Translations under genes and position numbers: made by a program | Shown here: positions 48,585-57,218 of the stretch, one piece after another | Numbering within the stretch: position 1 is the stretch's first letter | Layout of the letters: every line of letters starts with the position of its first letter | The notes under the pieces: generated by a model | Seen by the model: the letters and a program-made list of their open reading frames with translations, nothing else | Told to the model about the DNA's origin: nothing | Databases searched by the model: none | Assembly: GCA_965237955.1 (NCBI GenBank) | Contig: OZ250169.1 | Coordinates: forward strand, 5,597,888 to 5,661,887 | Length of the DNA: 64,000 bases | Source: Candidatus Marinacidobacterales bacterium | GTDB lineage: Bacteria > Acidobacteriota > Vicinamibacteria > Marinacidobacterales > SMYC01 | Direction of reading: 5' to 3'

Positions 48585-50087
48585 ATGCGCTCGTCGCGCA
48601 CCGCCGCGGTCGCATTATTGTCGTTCTCGTCCGGTCTTCCCCTTGGTCTCGTCTGGTATGCGATTCCCGACTGGATGCGCGACATGGGTGTCGACATCCG
48701 TATCGTGGGTTTGTTCACGCTCGCGCAGGCTCCGTGGGCTTTCAAAGTCGTGTGGTCGCCGCTGATGGACCGTTATGTGCCACCTTTCTGGGGGCGACGG
48801 CGCGGCTGGATGGCCCTCACGCAGTTCACCCTGGCTGTCCTCGGGCTCATGCTCGCCGGGGTTGGAGATGAACCGGAAGCGATTTGGGTCGTCGGCGCGC
48901 TGGCCTTCGCGATCGCCCTCGCCTCGGCGTCGTTCGACATTGCATACGACGCCTACGCCGTCGAAGTGCTCCGTAAAGAAGAGCAAGGCCCGGCGGTTGG
49001 AGCGAGGGTCGCCCTCTATCGGGCGGCCATGGTCGTCGCGGGCGGCGCCGCGATCACTCTTGCGGGACGTTGGGGATGGGCCACTGTGAATGCGCTCCTG
49101 GCACTCGCATACCTGCCGATGCTCTTGATTACGTGGAAGTCTCCCGAGCCCCGAGAGAAACAGCCCATCCCGACAACGTTGCGAGAAGCGGTATGGCAGC
49201 CGTTCATCGGGTTTTTGTCACGCCACCGCGCGCTCGAGATTCTGGCGTTCGTGTTTCTCTACAAGTTCGCAGATCAGCTCGCCCAGGCGCTGACACGCCC
49301 CTTTCTCATCGACATGGGTTACAACGCCGATCACCGCGGCATAGCGCTCGCCACGGTCGGGATGGTGGCGACCATTGTCGGAGCATTTCTCGGGGGTTGG
49401 GTCACGACACTCGTCGGACTCGGGCACTCCCTCTGGATCTTCGGAATCCTTCAGATCTTCTCAAATGTCGGCTATTTCATTCTGGCGGGCAGCGAAACGA
49501 ATCTACCTCTCATGTATGCTGCGACGAGCTTCGAGCTTCTCACGTCCGGCATGGGGACGGGAGCCTTCATGGTGTTGCTTTTGCGCATGACGCAGAGGCG
49601 TTTCTCAGCGACGCAATATGCACTCTTCTCGAGTCTGTTCGCGCTCCCGAGGCTGCTGGCCGGCCCCATCACCGGTTTCGTTGTCTACGTCATCGGGTGG
49701 CGCATGTTCTTTCTTTCGACGCTGGTGATGGGCATTCCCGGAATGGTTATGCTCTCTCGATTCGTTCCGTTGGGGACACGCGAGCCTCAATTCAAGGTCG
49801 AAGAGATCGAGCGCGGTGAGCCACTCTCGCCGCGAGCGCTCGCAGCTCGTGGCGTTGTCGGCGGGCTTCTCGTCGGTGCGATCGGAACCTTCACGGTGGC
49901 GATACTGGCCGCACTCGATACGATGCTGGAGGAGCCCGATGTCGGGTTCGATCTCGCGGGAGCGTTCCAGGCGCTCGGCCGCCCCGAGGCGATCACAGAT
50001 TGGATGCAGCTGGGTGGAATCGTAGCCTTCACATTGATCGGCGGACTCTTCACCGCAGGCGTTTTTGCGGCCCGTTCCAGGCGCTAA
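48585..50087 (+). CDS. ampG: MFS transporter of the AmpG (muropeptide permease) family.
   Basis: Polytopic, with the AmpG-family pattern (LLSFSSGLPLGLVWYAIPDWMRDMGVDI..., LYKFADQLAQALTRPFLID). The start is assigned to the first ATG after the glpD stop. Confidence 0.7.
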   Translation: MRSSRTAAVALLSFSSGLPLGLVWYAIPDWMRDMGVDIRIVGLFTLAQAPWAFKVVWSPLMDRYVPPFWGRRRGWMALTQFTLAVLGLMLAGVGDEPEAIWVVGALAFAIALASASFDIAYDAYAVEVLRKEEQGPAVGARVALYRAAMVVAGGAAITLAGRWGWATVNALLALAYLPMLLITWKSPEPREKQPIPTTLREAVWQPFIGFLSRHRALEILAFVFLYKFADQLAQALTRPFLIDMGYNADHRGIALATVGMVATIVGAFLGGWVTTLVGLGHSLWIFGILQIFSNVGYFILAGSETNLPLMYAATSFELLTSGMGTGAFMVLLLRMTQRRFSATQYALFSSLFALPRLLAGPITGFVVYVIGWRMFFLSTLVMGIPGMVMLSRFVPLGTREPQFKVEEIERGEPLSPRALAARGVVGGLLVGAIGTFTVAILAALDTMLEEPDVGFDLAGAFQALGRPEAITDWMQLGGIVAFTLIGGLFTAGVFAARSRR

Positions 50088-52225
50088 GACGTCGGTAGAA
50101 CGATCGTTCTTACCGTTCCCACGGCTTCGCGGGTCTCTTGAGCCCAGCTTCCCTGGAAATACTCGACGACGCTCTGCATGAGCTCGTTGGTCACGTCGGT
50201 GAGGCGGCGCTCGAGTGGCCAATCGAGAAATCGTGCCGGTGCCGACAAAGCGTTCGAGACGGCGATCAAATTGTCGAAGATGGAGATGCGCGCCCCGTTG
50301 GTGTCCGGCTGCACGAGGATGCGGATGACCCCGCCGCCGGCACCTAACAATCGACGACGAGAGTTCTCGATGAGTGTGTACACGAGGCCCCGCAACAAGA
50401 ATGGCTCTGCGTACACGGGATGCACGCCCGACTTGATCTCGACGATGAAACGGATGCCCTCTTCAGTGAGGCCTTGCCCGAGCTCTTGGTCGAGGCGGGC
50501 GAGAAGCTCGGCTACCGGCACGGGCTCGCGCCCGGGAAGCCCTCCCGCTCGGAGGTCGAGGAGCGTCTGCCGCATGAACTTGATATGCGATACGTGGCTC
50601 TCGATGTGTTGGATTTCCTGCGCCAGCCAGTGGGGCGCGTCCGGACGCGAGCGCGCGCGGATCAGAGTTTGATCGATGCCGCCGAGCGGCCCGTCGAGAC
50701 CGTAAGTCGCGCCTTCGGCGACACGGCCCCTAAAAGCACTCCGAAGACTTTGTTTGAGCGCTTCGGAGGCGTGCGCGTCCGAGATGACTTCGAGCGCCAT
50801 CGTGAGCTCGAGCAAGACGCGCTCGAGGTGATCGATCGTTTCTTTGTTGGGCGCGGGCGCTTCCTGAGGCAGGTAGAACGTCATCAGGCCGAGTGCGTGC
50901 ACCGGGGTTCGCATCGGCACGGCGACGACGGCGACACAGTCCATGCCCGCGCGATCCATCGCGTCCTCCAGCGGACCGGCCTCGCCTCTGACTTGAAGCA
51001 TCGGTCTTGCGCCATCGACGATCGCTTGAGCGAGCGGACGCCCGCCTGGGGTCTTGGCGTTTTCGAGCGGATCCACCTGGAGTCCCATGCCCACGACTTG
51101 CTCGAAGTTCCCGTCGGGGCGAATGAGGCTGAGCGAGGCTTGCTTGCACCGGAGCGTTTTGGAGAGGGACTCGACCAGCCCTTCGAGCAGCACGGGCGTC
51201 TCGTCCGGCGTAGCCTCGAAGAGCTTTTTCGCAACGTCGGCCACGACGGTGAACGCTTCCACGCGCTTCGATTCGACCTCGGTTTGCTCCCTGAGCTCGC
51301 TGATGTGGTCGGCCAGGCTCGACGCAGCCTCGGCGTAACTCTCGACCATCGCGTTCGCCGACTTGGTGTCGAGCTCGATGGCCCCGGCGGGCGGCGAATG
51401 CACTGGTGGGTTCGAGCCTCCCAGCAGCGACGGAGCTTCGAGCGTTGACGAGGCCGGAGCCACTGCAGACAGCTTCGGTGCTTTGACCCGAAAGACTCTA
51501 GTTGGGGGTGGCTCCGCGGGCGGCTCGGGGACTTCTCCGGACTTTTTCAGTTCCTCTAGCGTCGTTCCGAAGATCTCCTCCATCGTTTTCGACGCCCACT
51601 CTTTGGCGGAGCGCGCATCTCCAATGTTCTCGCCGATCTTGTAGCGCGTCGCGAGCTCGGTCATGGTGGTCTCGAGTCCGGAGCCGAAGGTCTCGAGCAC
51701 GCCCTTGCCTTCGGTTGCGACCGAAGGAAAGCTCGGCGCTCCCCGAGCGTTCAAGCCCCGCTCCATGATTTTCATGTCGGTCGTATCGGGCAGATCACGT
51801 TTGTTGTACTGGAAAACGACCGGGAGCGACGAAGGCTCGATGCCGTGGTCGAGGAGATACTCGGTCATCTCCTTCATGCTCTGGAGATTCTCCTGCCATC
51901 GGTCCGTGGCGGAGTTCGCGACAAAGACGATGCTGTCCGCGTTCTTGAGCAACATCTTGCGGGTCGCGCCGTAGAACTTCTGGCCTGGCACCGCGACGAT
52001 TTGGAAACGTAGCTCGTAGCTCCGGAACGCGGGTGTGCTCAGAGGCAGTAGATCGAAGAGGATGGTGCGGTCCTGCGCGGTGTTGACGGAAACGAGCTCT
52101 TGCCGCCGGTCGCCCCGAGCGAGGCGATGCAACATTTGGAGCGTTGTCGTCTTTCCACCCGCGGCGGGCCAGTAGTAAAGAATCTTGGCGCGTAGGAAGC
52201 GCTCCTTGTGATTGATCTCGACCAA
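50084..52225 (-). CDS. MglA-like Ras-superfamily GTPase domain fused to a GAF domain and a histidine-kinase-like ATPase C-terminus.
   Basis: The N-terminal ~190 aa align with MglA (KILYYWPAAGGKTTTLQ..., QIVAVPGQKFY, FQYNKRDL). The GAF-like middle is followed by H-box-like HIESHVSHIKFMRQ and an HATPase-like tail. Confidence 0.65.
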   Translation of the reverse strand: MVEINHKERFLRAKILYYWPAAGGKTTTLQMLHRLARGDRRQELVSVNTAQDRTILFDLLPLSTPAFRSYELRFQIVAVPGQKFYGATRKMLLKNADSIVFVANSATDRWQENLQSMKEMTEYLLDHGIEPSSLPVVFQYNKRDLPDTTDMKIMERGLNARGAPSFPSVATEGKGVLETFGSGLETTMTELATRYKIGENIGDARSAKEWASKTMEEIFGTTLEELKKSGEVPEPPAEPPPTRVFRVKAPKLSAVAPASSTLEAPSLLGGSNPPVHSPPAGAIELDTKSANAMVESYAEAASSLADHISELREQTEVESKRVEAFTVVADVAKKLFEATPDETPVLLEGLVESLSKTLRCKQASLSLIRPDGNFEQVVGMGLQVDPLENAKTPGGRPLAQAIVDGARPMLQVRGEAGPLEDAMDRAGMDCVAVVAVPMRTPVHALGLMTFYLPQEAPAPNKETIDHLERVLLELTMALEVISDAHASEALKQSLRSAFRGRVAEGATYGLDGPLGGIDQTLIRARSRPDAPHWLAQEIQHIESHVSHIKFMRQTLLDLRAGGLPGREPVPVAELLARLDQELGQGLTEEGIRFIVEIKSGVHPVYAEPFLLRGLVYTLIENSRRRLLGAGGGVIRILVQPDTNGARISIFDNLIAVSNALSAPARFLDWPLERRLTDVTNELMQSVVEYFQGSWAQETREAVGTVRTIVLPTS

Positions 52226-52274
52226 AGTCTAGCCTGGCTCCTCTCGTTCCCGGCTGGTCACGCGTATGGCGGCG

Positions 52275-52835
52275 TCAGCACGTCGTGCGCTCAACCGGCT
52301 TGCCGTCGATGCTGTCGTAGGCGAGCCGCACCCGGCGCCTAGGCCCCGTCTCCGATTCGTAGACATCGCACTCGTTGTAAGGTTTGGAATAGAGGTGAAG
52401 GCTCGCCGCGTTGTCTCCGAACTCTTTCGGGTTCTCGACCGCGTGGATTTCGGCGGGGCCGTCGAGAAAACCTGCAGCGCCGTCCATGGGCGCGTTCACC
52501 AACTCGAGCAGAATGGGCTCTTCCGAAACCCTACGAAAGTTCGTGAACCGGAGCCGGCCTCGTTCGACGCGAGCCCAGCAAAGCTCACCCTCGTGCCCGT
52601 GAATCGGCGCCTTCTGTCCGCTTCCCCAACTAATCACGAGGAGCTCGAAGTCTTTGTCTTTGTGGACCAAGTGTCGGGTATAGCGGTCCTCGCTATACGA
52701 CACATATCGCTCGAGCGCTTTCGGCTCGACCAGCGTTTCTGATAGATAGGTGTGAATGTCTTCTTCGGGGAAATCGCGCTCGGCGAACGACTTGATGTCG
52801 TCGACCAGCTCGTTCATCGCGACATAGCGATTCAT
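52275..52835 (-). CDS. Cysteine-dioxygenase-type-I-like cupin (thiol dioxygenase family).
   Basis: ISWGSGQKAPIHGHEG and the downstream His of the CDO cupin metal site. Confidence 0.6.
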   Translation of the reverse strand: MNRYVAMNELVDDIKSFAERDFPEEDIHTYLSETLVEPKALERYVSYSEDRYTRHLVHKDKDFELLVISWGSGQKAPIHGHEGELCWARVERGRLRFTNFRRVSEEPILLELVNAPMDGAAGFLDGPAEIHAVENPKEFGDNAASLHLYSKPYNECDVYESETGPRRRVRLAYDSIDGKPVERTTC

Positions 52836-52964
52836 CTACACTCCTCGTTGACGCTCCACAGGGGTGTGCCAACTACACTGTATCAAACGGCTTTACGGTC
52901 CAAATATCAAGGTAGTGGTTGTAGATCTTGCCGCTTTTGCGGGCGCGGGATACACTTCTCTTGC

Positions 52965-55163
52965 ATGTCTTTCCGGGCACTTTTAGTGCTGTCCTTCGCC
53001 CTTTCGTGTCCGGTTGCCGCTTTCGAGGGCAGAGTCATCGACCAAAACGGCGATGCCGTCGCTGGAGCGGACGTTGCGCTCGTGGGGTACGCCGGCGCGG
53101 CCCGAACCGATCAAAATGGCGGTTTTGTGTGGGTGCCGGACCCCGCGACACCGTTCGAAGTTCTCGTGGTCTTGCCCAACGGCACCTACATGTCGCCGAT
53201 TGCGGTGAACGAGATTCCCGATGGCGTGCTGACGATTCGAGTCGAGCCTCTGGTGACCGAGTCGGTGATGGTGACGAGTGGCGCAGCCCCGAACATCGAT
53301 GCTTCCCCCGGGAGTGCCACGACCTCGGTGCCGCAAGAAGACATCGAAGTGCGACATCCGATCACGCTCACCGACGTGATCTCCAATATCCCGGGCGCTT
53401 CGAGTTTGTCCGATCTCCACGCGAGTGTCCCATCGTTGCGAGGGCTCGCCCGCGGACGCACGCTGTTGCTGATCGACGGGGCACGCGTCACCACTGAGCG
53501 ACGAGCAGGACCGAGCGCGACGTTCCTCGATCCGTTTTTCCTCGAAGGCGTCGAAGTGGCGCGAGGTCCAGGGTCGGTTGGCTACGGCTCGGACGCGTTC
53601 GGGGGAGTGATCCATGCGCGAACCCGGCGAGTGGAACCGGGCTCGCCCACGAAAGTGCGGCTACGAGGCGCTCTCGGCGCGGGTCTTCCCGAGGCGACCG
53701 CGGGCGTCGAGCTCACCCACGGGCTCGACCAAGGTGGCATCGTGTTCCAGGCCCGCTACCGGAACTTCGAGGAGTACCGGAGCCCCGAGGGCGACATCTT
53801 CAACTCGCAAGCTTCCGATAAAGGCTTTCTCGGTCGCTTCACCCATGCCCTCGGAGACGGTGAGCTCAGCGTGGGTTGGCAGACCGGCCTCGGTCGAGAT
53901 ACCGGGCGGCCGGATTCGCACGGGGAAGCGGTCAAGACTTCGTATCCGGAGGAAAACTCCAATCGCCTCACGCTCTCGTACGATTTGGAGCCGCGCGCGG
54001 GGTTCACCCGCATCGGATTCCAGGGATTCTGGGGTCGGTACCAACTCATCACCGAGCGCGAAGCCGTCTCGATGCGCGAAGCCGTCTCGATGAATGACGC
54101 GCCGAAAACGCTGCGCGTGGCAAATGTGATCGCAGACGACTTCAGCTTCCGTAGCTTCGCGGTGCGGCCGGTCGGTAAGTCCCGGTGGGAGATGGGCGTC
54201 GACATCAACGGGCGTTACGGTCTCGAAGCATTCGACTCGTTTGCCGCTTTCGACCGAGACGGCGACGTTTTGTTCGAGCGCGACGAGCTCGCGATCGAAA
54301 ACGCTCGGCGCACCGACGTCGGGCTCTACACGAGCACGGAGGCTCTTCTCGGGTCTCGATGGTCGCTCGGTGCGGGCGTGCGCGTTGACAATGTCACCAC
54401 CAACAACGAGGGTGGTTTTTTCGGGGACCAATCGACCGAGAACACCGCGCTCTCCGGCTACGGCTCGCTGAAGGTGGCGCTTGGCCGAGCTGTCAGTCTC
54501 ACCGGCCAAGTGGCGCATGGCTTTCGCGACCCGACGCTCTCCGATCGGTACTTCCGCGGCATCACCGGTCGCGGCATCGTGATCGGCAACCCGAACCTCG
54601 AGCCCGAACGAGCGAACCAGTTCGATGTCGCCCTTCGCGTCGTTTCGGGACGCGCCCGCTGGGCGGTGTACGGCTATTTCTACCGTTTCTCCGATCTCAT
54701 CGAGCGCTTCGAAGTTGAGAACGACGTGTTCTTGTTTCGCAACCGGGGCAGAGCCGACATCAAAGGCCTCGAGGCGGAAGTGCGATCGGAGCTCGGTACC
54801 AACTTCAACGTCGAGGTGTCGGCTCAGATCGCGCGCGGCAACACCGGGGTCGAAGATGCGTCTCTCGACGATATCCCCGGCGCGAACGTCAAAGCTCAGC
54901 TCCGAAGAGACTTCGGCGAGCGTGGTTACGCGCAAGTGCGGGTCGCGTACTTCGTCGAGGACGATTTGCCCGGCCCGACCGAGATCGTCACCCCGCAATA
55001 CGGCACGGTCGACTTCTCCGCGGGCTGGCGGCTGTCATCGAAAGTGGAGCTCCGGGGATTGGTGAGAAACATTTTCGATACCGCTTACCCGATCAGTCCG
55101 GATGCGAGAGCGGTGCTAGCGCCAGGCGTCAACGCCGTGGTCACCGTCGTCGCTGAATTTTGA
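52965..55163 (+). CDS. TonB-dependent outer-membrane receptor with an N-terminal carboxypeptidase-regulatory-like domain.
   Basis: Signal peptide, then a CarbopepD_reg-like region (GRVIDQNGDAVAGADVALVGY), a plug domain, a 22-strand barrel region and a terminal aromatic residue (...VVTVVAEF). Confidence 0.75.
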   Translation: MSFRALLVLSFALSCPVAAFEGRVIDQNGDAVAGADVALVGYAGAARTDQNGGFVWVPDPATPFEVLVVLPNGTYMSPIAVNEIPDGVLTIRVEPLVTESVMVTSGAAPNIDASPGSATTSVPQEDIEVRHPITLTDVISNIPGASSLSDLHASVPSLRGLARGRTLLLIDGARVTTERRAGPSATFLDPFFLEGVEVARGPGSVGYGSDAFGGVIHARTRRVEPGSPTKVRLRGALGAGLPEATAGVELTHGLDQGGIVFQARYRNFEEYRSPEGDIFNSQASDKGFLGRFTHALGDGELSVGWQTGLGRDTGRPDSHGEAVKTSYPEENSNRLTLSYDLEPRAGFTRIGFQGFWGRYQLITEREAVSMREAVSMNDAPKTLRVANVIADDFSFRSFAVRPVGKSRWEMGVDINGRYGLEAFDSFAAFDRDGDVLFERDELAIENARRTDVGLYTSTEALLGSRWSLGAGVRVDNVTTNNEGGFFGDQSTENTALSGYGSLKVALGRAVSLTGQVAHGFRDPTLSDRYFRGITGRGIVIGNPNLEPERANQFDVALRVVSGRARWAVYGYFYRFSDLIERFEVENDVFLFRNRGRADIKGLEAEVRSELGTNFNVEVSAQIARGNTGVEDASLDDIPGANVKAQLRRDFGERGYAQVRVAYFVEDDLPGPTEIVTPQYGTVDFSAGWRLSSKVELRGLVRNIFDTAYPISPDARAVLAPGVNAVVTVVAEF

Positions 55164-55233
55164 TCCAATGCGCAGCACGTCGTGGTGAACTGTTTCGACG
55201 AAGTCCGACAGCGAGACCAATACCGTAGCCGGG

Positions 55234-55695
55234 CTACGGCGCAGCGCCGATCAGTCGAGCATTGTGAATCGCGGCATAGCTGTACGCTGCCATGAGCGAG
55301 ATGCGTAGCAGAAGTGCAGTCTTGGTCTTTCCCGCGCTCTGCAACTTTTCCGTTGCGTAATAGACGGCCATCGGGCCGACGACGTGGGTTGCAATCCGAA
55401 GCCCTCGGTGCGAGGCTGCCGGGTTTCCTTCGGCGAAGCCTTGGGAGAGTCCGTGTTCGGTCGTGATGAGGTCGGCGGCGGAGGCGGCGAACATTCCCAC
55501 GCCGGACACTCGCAGCGCGGGCGAGCTGTCGGATTCGCCGAGATAGTCTCGCTCCGGTGTGAGTTGATATCGAGCGAGCTCGCTCTCCGTGGGCTCGATG
55601 GTGCGGGTCTGCTCTTCGTCACCGTCGTCGCCTGGTTCGGCATTGCTTGCGAGCGTCAAAGACAGCGCCAGCGCAGAAAAGGTTTGTACCAGCAT
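55234..55695 (-). CDS. Hypothetical secreted protein.
   Basis: Signal peptide (LVQTFSALALSLTLASNA). No family recognised. Confidence 0.35.
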   Translation of the reverse strand: MLVQTFSALALSLTLASNAEPGDDGDEEQTRTIEPTESELARYQLTPERDYLGESDSSPALRVSGVGMFAASAADLITTEHGLSQGFAEGNPAASHRGLRIATHVVGPMAVYYATEKLQSAGKTKTALLLRISLMAAYSYAAIHNARLIGAAP

Positions 55696-55879
55696 GCGAC
55701 CTCCGGCGTGGGACCGAAGTGGAATGGTTTGTTCGGTCGGTTTGCCGGAGGAACTGCAAAGATGATACCGGGACGGTGCGTTTGCGCTAAGCGCAGGGAT
55801 GGCCGCTGTTTACACGGCGCCGGGTGGGCTTTTTGGGCCCGGGCGGCGTAGGGGTCGGCCTACAGTCCGCGGGAAAACA

Positions 55880-56323
55880 CTACGCTTCGATATCGTCGAG
55901 GACTTCGTCCGGGTGGCGGGCAGCATCGACGTCCGGGTACGCCTGCCGCACGGTTCCGTCCGTGCCGATCCAATAGCTGATGCGCTTCGCGTACTGGGCG
56001 TTCTCGGCTTCGCATGCGCCATAGGCCATCCCGACCGAGCGCGACGTGTCGCAAAGAAGAGGGAAGTTGAAGTCGAATTTCTCCGCGAACGCGCGGTTGT
56101 CGTCGACGGTATCGAAGCTGATCCCGAGGATGTGAACGTTCTTGTCGGCGTATAGCTGAATCTTGTCGCGGAACCCGCAACCTTCGGACGTTCATCCGGG
56201 GGTGTCGGCCTTGGGATAGAACCACAAGACGACGTTTTGTCCCTCGTAGTCGGAAAGTCGAACGGTATTGCCGGAGTGGTCTTGCACCTCGAACGGGGGA
56301 GCGGCTTGTCCCACTTCAATCAT
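55880..56323 (-). CDS. bcp: Selenocysteine-containing Bcp/PrxQ-type peroxiredoxin, with an in-frame TGA at the peroxidatic-Cys position.
   Basis: Translated through the TGA at 56192-56194, the product reads MIEVGQAAPPFEVQDHSGNTVRLSDYEGQNVVLWFYPKADTPG-U-TSEGCGFRDKIQLYADKNVHILGISFDTVDDNRAFAEKFDFNFPLLCDTSRSVGMAYGACEAENAQYAKRISYWIGTDGTVRQAYPDVDAARHPDEVLDDIEA. This matches Bcp (FYPKAMTPGCTVQACGLRD) with Sec replacing the peroxidatic Cys. The frame is unchanged across the TGA. Confidence 0.75.
56165..56182 (-). promoter_or_regulatory. bSECIS-like stem-loop 9 nt downstream of the UGA codon.
   Basis: mRNA UGA-ACGUCCGAA-GGUUGCGGGUUCCGCGAC has a 7-bp stem (GUUGCGG / CCGCGAC) and a GUU loop. It begins with GGUUGC, as does the fdhF minimal SECIS (GGUUGCAGGUCUGCACC). 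Confidence 0.5.
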
Positions 56324-56336
56324 TCTCGATTCCTCA

Positions 56337-57143
56337 CTAGTGGTTGGAAGCGATGGTTTCGCTTCGTTTCTGGAAATCGTTCCAAACGATCTGCTGTCGC
56401 ACATGGATGGAGCGAAACAACATGCGAGCTTTAATGTAAAAGTCGAAACGCTCCGGCAGCCAAACGTCGTCCGGCATGGGATGACGTTGGAACATGCCCG
56501 ACATCTTGGACACCGAGCCCATCATCCCCCACCAAAACCTGATTTTTTCCCGCAGCTCGAACTCGATGCGTGCGATCTCGAAGCTCTCGGTGTCGATCCA
56601 GATGTGTCCCACGGCTTTGTTGAGGGCGCGGTCGACGGTTCTCTTGACCGGGAGCTTGCCGGGTTTTGGCTCGAACCAAAGGACGTAGCATTCGCGTCCG
56701 CCGAGTGGTCGTACGTCGACGCGTTCGAGGTCGTATCGTGACAGGAGCTCTTCGTCGAAGGCGACGCGGTCATCCGCGTCGTTGTGCTTCGCTTCGCCCT
56801 TGGCGAGCTTCTTGCGAAACTTCTCCTCGCGCTTGCGTTCTCTTTTTATCTCCTTGTCGGTGAGCTCACGCCCGTCTTTCTCGACGAGTCGCTCGTAGGC
56901 GACACCTTCGATGTGGTCGCTGCGATAAAGGTGCTCTTCGACCTCTTTGACCTCTCCCTGTTTGTCGAGCTTTTCGGTGACGCTCACGAGTTCGTAGTCG
57001 TACTTGACCTCGTTGCCCGCGTCCTCGTGCTGCTTTTGGACTTCGATGGCTTTTTGGACAATGTCCTCGGCGCTCTCGGGCTCAGCCGCTGCCGTTTGGA
57101 CGGCCACGGCCAGGACAATCGGGCACACCCCAATAGCACGCAT
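56337..57143 (-). CDS. Hypothetical secreted (periplasmic) protein.
   Basis: Signal peptide (VLAVAVQTAAAEP). Rich in charged residues. It ends 13 nt upstream of the bcp start. No family assigned. Confidence 0.5.
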   Translation of the reverse strand: MRAIGVCPIVLAVAVQTAAAEPESAEDIVQKAIEVQKQHEDAGNEVKYDYELVSVTEKLDKQGEVKEVEEHLYRSDHIEGVAYERLVEKDGRELTDKEIKRERKREEKFRKKLAKGEAKHNDADDRVAFDEELLSRYDLERVDVRPLGGRECYVLWFEPKPGKLPVKRTVDRALNKAVGHIWIDTESFEIARIEFELREKIRFWWGMMGSVSKMSGMFQRHPMPDDVWLPERFDFYIKARMLFRSIHVRQQIVWNDFQKRSETIASNH

Positions 57144-57218
57144 CGATGCCCGAATTATAGCGTGCCGACGCTTGATACTAAGCTCGGCACTCGACCAGAG
57201 AGATTCTCGTGCGGACTT

